A stretch of 64,000 nucleotides of DNA from a virus (IMGVR_UViG_3300020391_000003:32001-96000); one strand, 5' to 3'. Shown: positions 30,601 through 38,633, counted from the stretch's first letter. The notes: generated by a model not told the origin, from the sequence alone. A program made the numbers and translations.

Positions 30601-31769
30601 ACACACGGCTCACTGGCACAGGAAATTTAATTCTCGAGCAGGGCAACCTTGTCATCAAATCGAGTAGTCACGACGGAACTTTAAGCACTGCAACTCTTAC
30701 AGCAGATAGAACATATACTCTGCCAAATAAAAGCGGTACGGTTGCGATGATCAGCGATATTTCGAACTCACCTTCTCAAACAGACAACAATTTTACAAAC
30801 GCTCTAAAAAGCAAACTGGATGGTATAGCTGCAGGCGCAACAAACGTCACTAACAACAATCAGCTTGCAAATGGCGCGGGATACTTAACTGCCCATCCAA
30901 GTATTTCTGCAGCTAGCTCTTCAAATAATAGTGGCCGAACATATATTCAAGACATCACCGTAGACTCTAATGGTCATGTAACTGGAATTCAAACTGCAAC
31001 AGAAACAGTAGTCAACACCAACACACAACGCACTGACGCAGAAATAAGAACCGCAGTAGGAGGATCATTTCCAAGTTTTACTGCTGCTCAAAATGGTAAA
31101 GTTTTAAAAGTTAACGCTAGCGGAAATTTAGAATGGGACACCGATAATGCTGGAGCAGGATCAACAAGTCCTGGCGGCTCAGATCATCAAGTACAATTCA
31201 ACAACAATGGATCATTTGGGGGTTCTGCTAATTTAAGATTTGATGGAAATAATTTAGTCTGCGCAAATGCATTAATTGCTCAAGCAAATATCGAAGTTGG
31301 TCCAGGCACAGCAGGATTTGCATTTATTGATTTTAAAAACAATAATTCGCAAGATTCCGACATACGTATATCCCAAGGAGTTGGTTCTGGTCAAGCCGAG
31401 CATGATTTATATATAGCCAAAGGACCAAGTTCTTCTCAAGCTACCAATTTACATGTTGAAGGAGACGTTCTTGCATTCTCTGCATCAGACAAAAGATTAA
31501 AAAATAATATTTCAAATATTTCTTCTCCAATTGAAAAAATCAAACAAATAAATGGAGTAAATTTTGAATGGTCAGACAAGCAATCAACTTATAGCGGAAA
31601 AGACGTTGGAGTTATTGCTCAAGAAGTAGAAAAAGTACTACCTGAAGTAGTCACCGAAAGAGAAGATGGTCATCTTGCAGTAAAATATGAAAAAATTATA
31701 CCACTACTTATAGAAGCAATAAAAGATCAACAAAAAGAGATTGAAGAATTAAAGTCAAAATTGTCTTGA
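24624..31769 (+). CDS. Long modular tail fibre with C-terminal Peptidase_S74 intramolecular chaperone
   Basis: Repeated GNVGIGTTSP junctions, VTVDDKNIELG units; C-terminal SDKRLKNNI...GVIAQEVEKVLPEVV...coiled coil. Confidence 0.9.
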   Translation: MISKHIFTSDVISGKQLYIDELHSTGDSIVASTDFNIENNLKVGEDLSIGGNSVLSGNANITGDLFVGQHFTVKGITTTLDTVNVTGDANITGDLFVGRNLTVKGTTTTLDTVNVTVDDHNIELGSVDNPTNITAEGGGITLKGDEDKTFNWQANYNGSWLSSENLGVADGKYVFTDKVRARDGAGLFLEDDGGNGIFIKNGGNVGIGSADFPGSVQGNLHVNDSSSDSRIYITSSNDSAASLLFGNQSRSFKAGVIYDNSTDSLNFWGNKDGAEQTAKRVTIDSVGKVGIGTTAPKAKLQVNGDILFGDGAAQNDIGAASGTGFATGGDWHIGLSSHGGSVVDANGATADGFAGLKINSYMDTDNSGTIDADESGDKYSQDLEFYTHHFGEPTQPMSMVIKNNGNVGIGVDLESSLQRAVARYKLHVAGDGYFAGNSISNVAPAVGVYLGKSESNSDHHVSIISSDNQNGYIDFSNTTRDAIGRILYANSNSSGVGSGQGMYFYTDYANNIDNPDVFIGPDGKVGIGTSSPSEDLTIAGTKQGLEIRDATIDFAILNSNGDSKKAQIKAVNVSNKGDASDTSSELIFSTTATHNFAERMRIDHAGNVGIGTTSPDHKLHIAGGTPSMKLEGSQPRIWLRETDQTDLNTLIRNNGGIFEIDTVSDADAYIQNRFSINHGNGNVRINDLLGIGKDPDGYHLDVAAPGAGAMGFRVQTNSTSSNAIVHIGSGGSSDIKFKVDGEGSVTTAKDVTIGGDLTVNGTTTTVNSTTVTVDDKNIELGSVASPTNTTADGGGITLKGATDKEFKWTNASNSWNSSENLGIADGKYVFTDKVRARDGAGLFLEDDGGNGIFVQDGGNVGIGTTSPSTALDIVGDITVGSRSFVTNDASVQARSSQGVSDGGNSVRGSNLILKAGIGTGSADNGYIEFHTEDSTTIHGNGLPHGSGSAKMRIDSAGRVGIGTTSPNNQLTIGTDNNTSSSIGFRTTQFAGIAEIVAEHVDGTSADGRLHFKTRKTGDAHTRLTINEDGNVGIGTSPSTDRPFIYSKTHGDHSSAMYFDFHYGNQAPGYTASGLTIANLAGPADGDGTSDQLKATSFLNLAVRSPNLNNNQHGTVGYMALSTPLDDDGTSDGVYGTGQIDFYIRNDSAAYAFPNSPRVPSANWMSSLMTIKSDGNVAIGAARPNSATTVNNVLQAHGGMTIATNEDNDTPELTLKRTASTSSSGTDDIVDIRVGDSSLNFVINNDSDGDAGTFSFNKMGGGAQIPADVILGSVHLENRLRHNGDTDTYLEFHNQDEFRVVTGGSERLEVTNTAIALKRDTAITGGLTISGDLTVNGDTVTLNTTNLEVEDKLVTVAKNATNAVTANNCGLDFGGQYKLTFRDESTNKLVIEDTADDVGSLEIQGTGGAQLILQDTNSTNTTNQSGILAWKTANDTVTAEVGFRTNSDSDFTIRNGSGDIVLNGQDTRLTGTGNLLIENSNKILLGNTIGNSNTSAADAYISIFDIGANDNVKLIGFGEGNAGSNFWFGSGFEPANENNYISLSTSTVENAMSWKMDGKVGIGTDSPTSIFHVKSSLDGPIFDSGGTDNANHALLVRDSSANQLLRVENNGNVGIGTTNPVDKLHIQGDSSTVYDDTSSAGQRTNSNLVIENKNTAANTFASLDFATNNNRVLNRIIGGHKDLTTEGFLAFVTENNSSTSEKMRIDSSGNVGIGTTSPDANLHVSGASKLDGGVVITSTANQATPQLTLRRHTDTNESGTDDIVDITVGDSHMVFTINNDSDGDVGTYEFRKTAAGAAILAAVNCGTITTNGIIRKDDDTNTYLQFHEADQFRVVTGGAERLEVTNQHTKATGNLIVEGDLTVNGDTVTLNTTNLEVEDKLVTVAKNATNAVTANNCGLDFGGQYKLTFRDESTNKLVIEDTADNTASLEIQGFGGSQLILQDTNSTNTTNQSGVVAWKLGNDTVTAEVGFRNNEDSDFTIRNGSGDVVLLGQDTRLTGTGNLILEQGNLVIKSSSHDGTLSTATLTADRTYTLPNKSGTVAMISDISNSPSQTDNNFTNALKSKLDGIAAGATNVTNNNQLANGAGYLTAHPSISAASSSNNSGRTYIQDITVDSNGHVTGIQTATETVVNTNTQRTDAEIRTAVGGSFPSFTAAQNGKVLKVNASGNLEWDTDNAGAGSTSPGGSDHQVQFNNNGSFGGSANLRFDGNNLVCANALIAQANIEVGPGTAGFAFIDFKNNNSQDSDIRISQGVGSGQAEHDLYIAKGPSSSQATNLHVEGDVLAFSASDKRLKNNISNISSPIEKIKQINGVNFEWSDKQSTYSGKDVGVIAQEVEKVLPEVVTEREDGHLAVKYEKIIPLLIEAIKDQQKEIEELKSKLS
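24798..24970 (+). repeat. 90-bp in-frame tandem duplication in the fibre N-terminus
   Basis: Units at 24798 and 24888 encoding ANITGDLFVG..TVKG.TTTLDTVNVT. Confidence 0.85.
28620..30392 (+). repeat. Perfect 189-bp direct repeat (28620-28808 and 30204-30392) within a larger diverged duplication
   Basis: Base-by-base comparison shows identity at offset 1584; flanks are similar but diverged. Confidence 0.9.
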
Positions 31770-31794
31770 CTATAAAATAAAATGCTGCTATAAT
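31766..31794 (+). promoter_or_regulatory. Sigma70-type promoter, ATG 6 nt after -10
   Basis: TTGACT-N17-TATAAT, ATG at 31801. Confidence 0.8.
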
Positions 31795-31800
31795 AGTAGC

Positions 31801-32355
31801 ATGGTAAAAATAGAAGGTAAAAATCTATTGTTCAAAACCAAATGCTATTTGGTTGGACATATGCAGTATGTCAGCGGCAGAAACTGGAGAGAAGAAGTCT
31901 CTGAAAAGCTGACCCCATTAAGTATTACTTGTTTTGATCCTTACAAAAAGCCATTTATGAAAGATGTAGAAGAAGATGAAGCCTCGCGTCAGGAAATGGA
32001 AACTTGGATGCAAACCAAGCAATACGATAGAGTTACAGATCGTATGAAAATGGTTAGAGCATATGATCTTAATTTAGTTGATCGAAGCGATTTTATTATT
32101 GCTCACCTTGTTCCTGATGTTGCAAGCTGGGGCAGTGCAGAAGAAATTGTAACTGCTGTGCGAGAAAAGAAACCTGTGTTTGTTAGCATGGAAGGAGGAA
32201 AAGCAAAAACTCCATTATGGATGCTTGGCATGTTTCCACATAAATATATTTATAATAATGTTGACGAAATCATTAAAATGCTGTATGCTATAGATAATGG
32301 CAACAAACCGATTGATTCAGACAGATGGAGATTATTAAGAAAGGAATTTAGATGA
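31801..32355 (+). CDS. Nucleoside 2-deoxyribosyltransferase-like / nucleotide hydrolase
   Basis: YLVGHM, FDPY, YDLNLVDRSDFIIA, SWGSAEEI, KKPV motifs. Confidence 0.7.
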   Translation: MVKIEGKNLLFKTKCYLVGHMQYVSGRNWREEVSEKLTPLSITCFDPYKKPFMKDVEEDEASRQEMETWMQTKQYDRVTDRMKMVRAYDLNLVDRSDFIIAHLVPDVASWGSAEEIVTAVREKKPVFVSMEGGKAKTPLWMLGMFPHKYIYNNVDEIIKMLYAIDNGNKPIDSDRWRLLRKEFR

Positions 32356-32471
32356 TACAAGTATTAGCATCAAGTTATTTTGAGTTTTTTCCTGGAGACT
32401 TTATAGTTTTTGGTATTTTAGGGGCAATTGTATGGATAAAGCAAGCAAAAGCAGATGAAGACTTTAAGTAA
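32352..32471 (+). CDS. Small membrane protein (39 aa)
   Basis: Not in ORF track; MIQVLASSYFEFFPGDFIVFGILGAIVWIKQAKADEDFK; overlaps both neighbours. Confidence 0.5.
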   Translation: MIQVLASSYFEFFPGDFIVFGILGAIVWIKQAKADEDFK

Positions 32472-33435
32472 AGCATATAAATATTCTGATATTTGCCTTG
32501 TTCCAAACTACAGCGAGGTATACAGTCGAACAGACTGTGACACTTTTTGCGAACTGGGCGGTAAAAATTTCAAATTACCAATTATACCCGCAAACATGAA
32601 ATCAGTTATAAACATGAGGCTTGCAAAATGGATGAGCCAAAATGATTATTTTTACATTATGCATCGATTTGATAATCATTTAGCTGATGATGTTGGGCTT
32701 GCAAACTCGGAAGATTGGAAAACAATATCATTTAGTGTTGGAGTGAAAATGCCAGATAAAATTCATGTAATGAATATTGGGCAATTAAAAAATATTAGAG
32801 TAGACTTTCTAACAATAGATATAGCTCATGGGCATTGTGCACGAATGAAAATGATGATTGAGCATATTAAAAAATGGCTACCTAATACAAAAATTATTGC
32901 AGGAAATGTTGCTACACCCTCTGCTGTAAGAGATTTAGCTGCTTGGGGTGCAGATATAGTAAAAGTTGGCATCGGTCAAGGGTCTCCTTGTACCACAAAA
33001 GACAAAACAGGTTTTACTATGCCGATGTTTAGTTGCACAACATGGTGCTCAAATGTTTTTAAAGATGAAAACTCAGAAAAACCTATCCCAATCATTGCAG
33101 ATGGAGGAATAAAATGCAACGGAGATATCGCGAAAGCTATGGTTGCAGGAGCAAGTATGGTTATGGCAGGTGGACTTTTCGCGGCATGCACTGATAGCCC
33201 TGCAGTCTCAAGTACGGTTAACGATATTCCACATAAAGCTTATTTTGGTTCTGCTAGTGCAGAAAATAAAGGCCATAACAATAACATCGAAGGCAAGCTT
33301 ACCAACATAGTTTCTAATGGCATGACATACGAGTCCAAGTTAAACGAAATAAAGCAAGACATACAGAGTGCAATATCATATTCTGGAGGAGACGATCTTT
33401 CTTATCTAAAAAATTCAGACTATTTTCAAACATGA
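32455..33435 (+). CDS. guaC: GMP reductase
   Basis: IIPANM, IDIAHGH, IAGNVAT, KVGIGQGSPCTTK, IIADGGI; no CBS domains. Confidence 0.88.
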   Translation: MKTLSKAYKYSDICLVPNYSEVYSRTDCDTFCELGGKNFKLPIIPANMKSVINMRLAKWMSQNDYFYIMHRFDNHLADDVGLANSEDWKTISFSVGVKMPDKIHVMNIGQLKNIRVDFLTIDIAHGHCARMKMMIEHIKKWLPNTKIIAGNVATPSAVRDLAAWGADIVKVGIGQGSPCTTKDKTGFTMPMFSCTTWCSNVFKDENSEKPIPIIADGGIKCNGDIAKAMVAGASMVMAGGLFAACTDSPAVSSTVNDIPHKAYFGSASAENKGHNNNIEGKLTNIVSNGMTYESKLNEIKQDIQSAISYSGGDDLSYLKNSDYFQT

Positions 33436-33956
33436 TCAAAGAGATTAACGATATTCAACACTTAAACAAAACACTTTCTCAATGGAATTCTATCGAAAAT
33501 AAAACCTATTGGAAAAATTTATCTACATCTATTGACTCAGATCGATTTAATCCACTAATAATAGAAAATTTTATAAGAAATATTTTTCTTTCTACAAATG
33601 AATATCCTGAAGTTATGCCTTACATTAAGTTATGGTCATACGAAGTCAAAAATTTTAGTATAGCTGGGACAGTATTCATTGTAAAAGAAAACATTATGAC
33701 TGGCAAACCAATTCTAGAAGAATGTTTGTGGCAAGTAAATGGAGCTAGGGCAACAAGTTTTTTACAAAAAAAGATATTAATAAAATTATTAAAAACAGCA
33801 GAAGATTACGCAAGGTTAAAACGTATAGATACTATTTGTTTTAATAGAGGTTTAGACTTTCACAAATTATCAAAAGACGCCTCGCCTATAAATAATTATT
33901 ATACCAAAAATGGATTTCAGCCTTCTTCAGTAATGTATTACAAAAATTTAAAATAA
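33432..33956 (+). CDS. GNAT-fold acetyltransferase-like protein
   Basis: KLLKTAEDYAR and NYYTKNGF C-terminal GNAT pattern. Confidence 0.5.
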   Translation: MIKEINDIQHLNKTLSQWNSIENKTYWKNLSTSIDSDRFNPLIIENFIRNIFLSTNEYPEVMPYIKLWSYEVKNFSIAGTVFIVKENIMTGKPILEECLWQVNGARATSFLQKKILIKLLKTAEDYARLKRIDTICFNRGLDFHKLSKDASPINNYYTKNGFQPSSVMYYKNLK

Positions 33957-33961
33957 AAGAC

Positions 33962-33990
33962 TTGACATTACTTGAAATATATTATATAAT
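33962..33990 (+). promoter_or_regulatory. Sigma70-type promoter, ATG 7 nt after -10
   Basis: TTGACA-N17-TATAAT, ATG at 33998. Confidence 0.85.
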
Positions 33991-33997
33991 CAAACTC

Positions 33998-34171
33998 ATG
34001 AACGCTACTAAAGCAAAACAAATTAGAAAAATTTTAAACTTTGATCCGAATTGTTCGGATGAAACTTCAAAAAGAGTATATTCTCGATTGAAGAAACAAT
34101 ACAGCAAACTTAGTAAAGGCGCCAAGCCTATTTTCTTGGCACAATTACAAAAATTACATCAATCAAATTAA
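33998..34171 (+). CDS. Hypothetical protein
   Basis: MNATKAKQIRK...; start moved from the TTG that is part of the -35 box. Confidence 0.6.
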   Translation: MNATKAKQIRKILNFDPNCSDETSKRVYSRLKKQYSKLSKGAKPIFLAQLQKLHQSN

Positions 34172-34173
34172 TT

Positions 34174-34503
34174 ATGGAAAATCAAACGCAAGAAAAGCAA
34201 CAGTCGGAATGGCGTAACAGAGAGCTTGGCGCTCTTTGGGTTCGCACGGGAAAGAGCCAAAAGTATCTTTCTGGAACTATTAATGTCGAGACCATGCCTG
34301 GAGTTACCGAACCTGTTAAGGTTGTGGTATTTACGAATAAGGGCAAGGAAAAGAACGAAAAGGCTCCAGATTACGTTATTTATCGTTCCGAAGAACTATC
34401 TCAAAAGAGTAACGTCGAAGAAGTAGCAAAAGAAGCCGCACAGGAAGTTAAGTCAACAGCTAAAGTTGCTGTAGATGAAGATATTCCAGAAGAGCTTTTT
34501 TAA
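34174..34503 (+). CDS. DUF736-like protein (possible ssDNA-binding OB fold with acidic tail)
   Basis: ELGALW...YLSGTI...KAPDYVIYRS; acidic C-terminus DEDIPEELF. Confidence 0.65.
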   Translation: MENQTQEKQQSEWRNRELGALWVRTGKSQKYLSGTINVETMPGVTEPVKVVVFTNKGKEKNEKAPDYVIYRSEELSQKSNVEEVAKEAAQEVKSTAKVAVDEDIPEELF

Positions 34504-34521
34504 TTAGTGTAACAAAATATT

Positions 34522-34704
34522 ATGGAAAAGAAATTTTGGCACAGTAAAAAGTTTTGGGCAGCAGTTTTTGCAGCAGCAACACCTCTGTTCAATCATTATT
34601 TTCATTTAGGCTTAACTCCGGAACTGACGATGCAAATCACAGGTCCGATATTGGCCTACATTCTTGGACAAGGTCTCGCAGATCTTGGTAAGAATAAATC
34701 ATAG
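34522..34704 (+). CDS. Small two-TM membrane protein, holin-like
   Basis: SKKFWAAV...YILGQGLADLGK; GTGTA 10 nt upstream. Confidence 0.45.
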   Translation: MEKKFWHSKKFWAAVFAAATPLFNHYFHLGLTPELTMQITGPILAYILGQGLADLGKNKS

Positions 34705-34720
34705 TTCTTTAAAATTTTAT

Positions 34721-35082
34721 GGGCGTGTTCTGGATTCGATTTTTATTGGATTAGTTCACTGCAAGCCGAAGAGGTGCCTGGCTTCGATAAAAGGCACAAG
34801 CGAATAAATGCTAAAAACATTAATTCTGTTGAATCCTTCTCTCAAGAAGGGCTCGCTCTTGCAGCTTAAGTCTGCAACCTCTCCTCAATTGACGCAGATA
34901 AATTGAATGAGGGGTCATCCATCTGCAAAACAGATAAAAGTTTACTTGTTTCACAAACTGTAAATAATTGAGACAATTAGTTTGATGTTAATATCATAAC
35001 TATAAAAAAAATTAACTAAGCTTGTAGACGTGAATCTCTTGATGATAAAAAGACGCGGGTTCAACTCCCGCCACGTCCACCA
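34721..35082 (+). ncRNA. ssrA: tmRNA
   Basis: 5' GGGCGTG pairs with 3' CACGTCC-ACCA (G3-U wobble), GGATTCGA D-loop, GACGCGGGTTCAACTCCCGC T-arm, pk1 (CGAAG/CTTCG, GTGCCT/AGGCAC); tag ORF 34810-34869 AKNINSVESFSQEGLALAA*. Confidence 0.95.
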
Positions 35083-35178
35083 TTTACATGATTAAAAATA
35101 AAAAGTTAATTAATTATAAAATCAAAAAGCTAGAAAATAAAATTGTTTTTTTACAAAAGAAAAAATCTACTTTAGTTC

Positions 35179-35598
35179 GTGAAAAGCGCAGAAGTAAATA
35201 TTTACATAGATGAAGCTTCTTTAGATTTCTATGAAAAACTAGATTTTTTTCACGAACATTTTATAGATAAAATGCTTATGTGTGGGGTTTCTGACAACGG
35301 AAGTCATGTTGAAGAAATACCATTTACAAAATGCGCTCGAGAATATACTTATGATTTTTATAAAGCTTTAGTTTTCTTAGTTCAAAAATTTAAACCATTC
35401 TGCATATCTAAATTGACTAACAAAAAAAGACTAGAGTTAGAGTGTATGTTTTTTGATTTTTCTGAGCCAGGTTTTAGCGATAATGTGTATATGATACAGA
35501 ACGTTATGGATTGGACATCGAAAAAGAATTTCTCTTGTCAGTTTTGGAAAGTGAAAGATAATATCAAACCTGATATGATACTAGAATTTTGGTTATAA
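35179..35598 (+). CDS. Hypothetical protein
   Basis: Intact ORF, genome-like composition. Confidence 0.55.
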   Translation: MKSAEVNIYIDEASLDFYEKLDFFHEHFIDKMLMCGVSDNGSHVEEIPFTKCAREYTYDFYKALVFLVQKFKPFCISKLTNKKRLELECMFFDFSEPGFSDNVYMIQNVMDWTSKKNFSCQFWKVKDNIKPDMILEFWL

Positions 35599-35786
35599 TG
35601 GAACCTCGCAAAGAAAGATCTGAACCATGGAAGCTACCTTATTCTCGAAGAAAAAAAACTTCAAGAAAATATAAAGATACTGAAAAACAAATTAAAGACT
35701 TTAGACTTTTAAAAGATTGGAGTGGCGTTAAAAAGCTGCAAAGACTTTTGCGAATGTGCTGGTGGGGCATCAAAAGATACAAATGA
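35598..35786 (+). CDS. Hypothetical basic protein
   Basis: ATG overlaps upstream stop. Confidence 0.5.
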   Translation: MEPRKERSEPWKLPYSRRKKTSRKYKDTEKQIKDFRLLKDWSGVKKLQRLLRMCWWGIKRYK

Positions 35787-36088
35787 ATTTATTTAAGAAA
35801 ATTTCTAAGGTTTTCAAAAAAAACAAATCAAAACCAAAAGAATTACCTATGCACGTTGAGATATCTAATTTGTTAGAAAGCGGTATAGAAAAAAGAAAAT
35901 TAGATTTAAATAATAAACCCAAAGATCTTTCAAAAGCAGAATGGAATAATATTCTTGTTAAAATTCAATACGCTTTTCGGGCTAGAAAAGATATGCTTCC
36001 ATTTAAATCAAAAGCAAAAAGAATTAGAAGGCAGACAAAAATAGATCAAGGTTTCGAGTATTTAAAAAAATATTATAAGGAACTGTAA
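35783..36088 (+). CDS. Hypothetical basic protein
   Basis: ATGA-type overlap with previous gene (MNLFKKISK...). Confidence 0.55.
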   Translation: MNLFKKISKVFKKNKSKPKELPMHVEISNLLESGIEKRKLDLNNKPKDLSKAEWNNILVKIQYAFRARKDMLPFKSKAKRIRRQTKIDQGFEYLKKYYKEL

Positions 36089-36249
36089 TGGACGAAGAAG
36101 ATGAATATGAAATGGTTTTTGAACCTGACGAAGCTTTAATTTTAGCTTTAAATGAAATTAACGATTTAAAAGAACTTATAGAAGAACAAAATTCTTCTAT
36201 CGAAGCGCTTAAAGACCAGTTATCATCTGTAGAAAAGAAAATAAAGTAA
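36088..36249 (+). CDS. Small acidic coiled-coil protein (53 aa)
   Basis: Not in ORF track; MDEEDEYEMVFEPDEALILALNEINDLKELIEEQ... Confidence 0.55.
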   Translation: MDEEDEYEMVFEPDEALILALNEINDLKELIEEQNSSIEALKDQLSSVEKKIK

Positions 36250-36256
36250 TATTTTC

Positions 36257-36285
36257 TTGACTTTATAAAGTATTTATGCGATAAT
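36257..36285 (+). promoter_or_regulatory. Sigma70-type promoter, ATG 8 nt after -10
   Basis: TTGACT-N17-GATAAT, ATG at 36294. Confidence 0.7.
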
Positions 36286-36293
36286 ACTTGCAT

Positions 36294-36566
36294 ATGAAAA
36301 AATTGACATTAAACAAAGATGGTACTCCGCGCAGAAGGCGTAATTCTTCTGGTAAAGGCGGTACAGCTATTGTGACCTTGAGTGTTGACGAGATCATGGA
36401 ACTCGCTTCTCAGGACGTTTCTTCTATTCCCGTAAGTGAGGATTGGGTAAAGTCAAGACTCTACACAAATTACTTACAGAGCAAAAAGGTATCTGCTGAT
36501 TTCAGCGAAACGCAAAGCTCGGAAGACAAGATTGAATACGCAATTACATCTTTTGATAATGAATAA
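36294..36566 (+). CDS. Hypothetical protein, first gene of ruvB operon
   Basis: MKKLTLNKDGTPRRRR...; overlaps ruvB start. Confidence 0.6.
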   Translation: MKKLTLNKDGTPRRRRNSSGKGGTAIVTLSVDEIMELASQDVSSIPVSEDWVKSRLYTNYLQSKKVSADFSETQSSEDKIEYAITSFDNE

Positions 36567-37485
36567 TTATTTTGATCATCTTATAGGGCAAGACAATGTT
36601 AAGAAGAAGTTAAACTTCTACATTAAAGCTTATCACGCTACAAGTGTCTGCCCATTTTTGAATCTTGTTGGAGCAAAAGGACTAGGAAAAACTTTATTTG
36701 CGAAAGAGTTCGCCAAAAATCTTCACAATAAAGATGGAGGCAAAAGACCATTTATTGAGCTTAACTGCTCAACCATCAAGAATAACAGGCAATTCTTTGA
36801 GCAAATTTTCATTCCTTTGGTGATGAACAACGAGATTACTATTTTGTTTGACGAAGCTCATGCTTTGCCAAAAGATCTGACTATGGCTTTTCTTACTATT
36901 TTTAACACAGAAAAAACAAGCAAAAAAGAATTTATATTTGAAGAGCAAACTTTCGAATTTGATTTCACTAAGCAAACATTTATTTTTGCAACCACAGAAA
37001 GTGATAAATTGTTTCCTCCATTGAAAGACAGACTCAGTACAGTTGACTTTGAGCCATACTCAAAAGAGAATCTTGGAGAAATTATAAAACTAAATTGTGA
37101 TGGAATTAATTTTAGTGATGACGCTCTTTCTGCTTTATCTGAAACGGTTCGAGGCAACGCAAGAAATGCAGTGATGCGCTCAAAAGAAATTGTTCTTTAT
37201 TGCGAGTCAGAAAATCAAAACACTTTCGATATGCAAGATCATCTTAATCTTACAGATCTTCTTGGAATATTACCTCATGGTATTACTTGTACCGAGCGTC
37301 AAATCTTAGAGATTTTAGATCAAAGAGGTAGCTGTAAGCTACAAACTTTATCGGCAGTTACAGGCTTAAGCCCAACCAGTCTTAGAAGAGATCATGAGGT
37401 GTATCTTCTTAGAAAAAATTTCATGCAAATTGACGGAGAAAGAAAAATCACTAATTTCGGCAAAAACTTAATAAAATCAATATAA
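36559..37485 (+). CDS. ruvB: RuvB-like Holliday junction branch migration AAA+ ATPase
   Basis: FDHLIGQ, Walker A GAKGLGKT, Walker B ILFDEAH, ATT...PPLKDRL, RGNAR, C-terminal winged helix. Confidence 0.8.
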   Translation: MNNYFDHLIGQDNVKKKLNFYIKAYHATSVCPFLNLVGAKGLGKTLFAKEFAKNLHNKDGGKRPFIELNCSTIKNNRQFFEQIFIPLVMNNEITILFDEAHALPKDLTMAFLTIFNTEKTSKKEFIFEEQTFEFDFTKQTFIFATTESDKLFPPLKDRLSTVDFEPYSKENLGEIIKLNCDGINFSDDALSALSETVRGNARNAVMRSKEIVLYCESENQNTFDMQDHLNLTDLLGILPHGITCTERQILEILDQRGSCKLQTLSAVTGLSPTSLRRDHEVYLLRKNFMQIDGERKITNFGKNLIKSI

Positions 37486-37490
37486 TATAT

Positions 37491-37685
37491 ATGACCACAC
37501 AAAAACAAAAAACTGTATATGTAGTTACAAGAAACACAAGAAGAATTGAAGAACAAAATTATAATACCAAAGAAAAAGCTGAAGTTCGAGCGGCTCAGCT
37601 TGTAGAAGTTTTAAAAAAGTGGAGAGATCCTGATGTTAAGCGTGTAAGAGTTGTCGAAACAAATACTCCTCGAAAAATTAGATAA
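37491..37685 (+). CDS. Hypothetical protein
   Basis: Intact ORF in operon. Confidence 0.55.
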   Translation: MTTQKQKTVYVVTRNTRRIEEQNYNTKEKAEVRAAQLVEVLKKWRDPDVKRVRVVETNTPRKIR

Positions 37686-38175
37686 GTTGCAAAACGAAAA
37701 AAAACAGTCTTTATTTGAAAAAGCCGCAGAATCAAGGGGCTATTCTCCTCGCAAGCCAACTAGAGAAGAAAAGGCAGGATATCATGTTTCTCATATTCTT
37801 ACGGGCAAATCCTCATTAGGCAAAAAAGTTTGCATCAAAGTAGATCTTAAAAAAAATAAAAATAAAAAAAAGTTTGAAGATTGGCTTTGGATAGAATTTA
37901 AAAACTCAAAAGGAAAGCCAGGATGGATACATGGAGATGCGCACTTTTTGGTTTTTGAAAGATCAGAAGATTTTATTTTTGTTAATCGCAAAGAGCTTGT
38001 GGAGTGGTTAAGTAGCGCCAATAAAATTAGATACGATCTTCCATTTGTTGGCTTGGCAAAACAAGCAAAGTACAGAATATATAAGCGGGCAAACATGCCA
38101 GAAGAAATTACGCAAATTGCAGTTAAAGACATAAAATCGTTAAAATCTTTTCAAATTTGGCCAAAAAATGCCTGA
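37651..38175 (+). CDS. PD-(D/E)XK restriction-like nuclease-fold protein
   Basis: FEKAAE...KVDLKK...WLWIEFKN..GKPGWIHG pattern. Confidence 0.5.
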   Translation: MSKQILLEKLDKLQNEKKQSLFEKAAESRGYSPRKPTREEKAGYHVSHILTGKSSLGKKVCIKVDLKKNKNKKKFEDWLWIEFKNSKGKPGWIHGDAHFLVFERSEDFIFVNRKELVEWLSSANKIRYDLPFVGLAKQAKYRIYKRANMPEEITQIAVKDIKSLKSFQIWPKNA

Positions 38176-38620
38176 CGTAATATCTTTAGATAAAACTTAC
38201 CTTCGCATGGCAAGAGAGTGGTCAAAGCTGTCTAAAGCTCATCGCAAACAAGTAGGCTGTCTTATAGTCAAAGATGGCATGATTATTTCTGATGGCTACA
38301 ATGGCACACCAAGAGGCTTTGATAATAGATGTGAAGATTACATTGATTCTTATGCAATGCTTGCTTCTAGAGCGTATAAAATTGTAACCAAGCCTGAAGT
38401 TTTACATGCAGAAAGTAATGCAATCACAAAGCTTGCAAAGTCAACACAATCCAGCAAAGATTCCACTTTATATACCACAGTTTCTCCTTGTGTAGATTGC
38501 GCAAAACTTATTATACAGTCTGATATTTGTAGGGTTGTATATGGAGAATTATATAAAAATTCTGATGGAATTGATTTATTAAAAAAAGCTAAAATACAGG
38601 TTGAACACTGTGCAATTTAA
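38168..38620 (+). CDS. dCMP deaminase
   Basis: VGCLIVKD, GYNG, HAESNAI, SPCVDCAK zinc-binding motifs. Confidence 0.9.
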   Translation: MPDVISLDKTYLRMAREWSKLSKAHRKQVGCLIVKDGMIISDGYNGTPRGFDNRCEDYIDSYAMLASRAYKIVTKPEVLHAESNAITKLAKSTQSSKDSTLYTTVSPCVDCAKLIIQSDICRVVYGELYKNSDGIDLLKKAKIQVEHCAI

Positions 38621-38633
38621 ATTATAATCTCTC

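Noticed and set aside
28620-30640. Diversity-generating retroelement TR/VR pair in the fibre
   Set aside because: Both copies are in-frame coding, mismatches are not adenine-specific, and no reverse transcriptase is in the window.
36024-36293. Minus-strand 89-aa ORF
   Set aside because: Antisense to the coupled plus-strand 53-aa ORF at 36088-36249.
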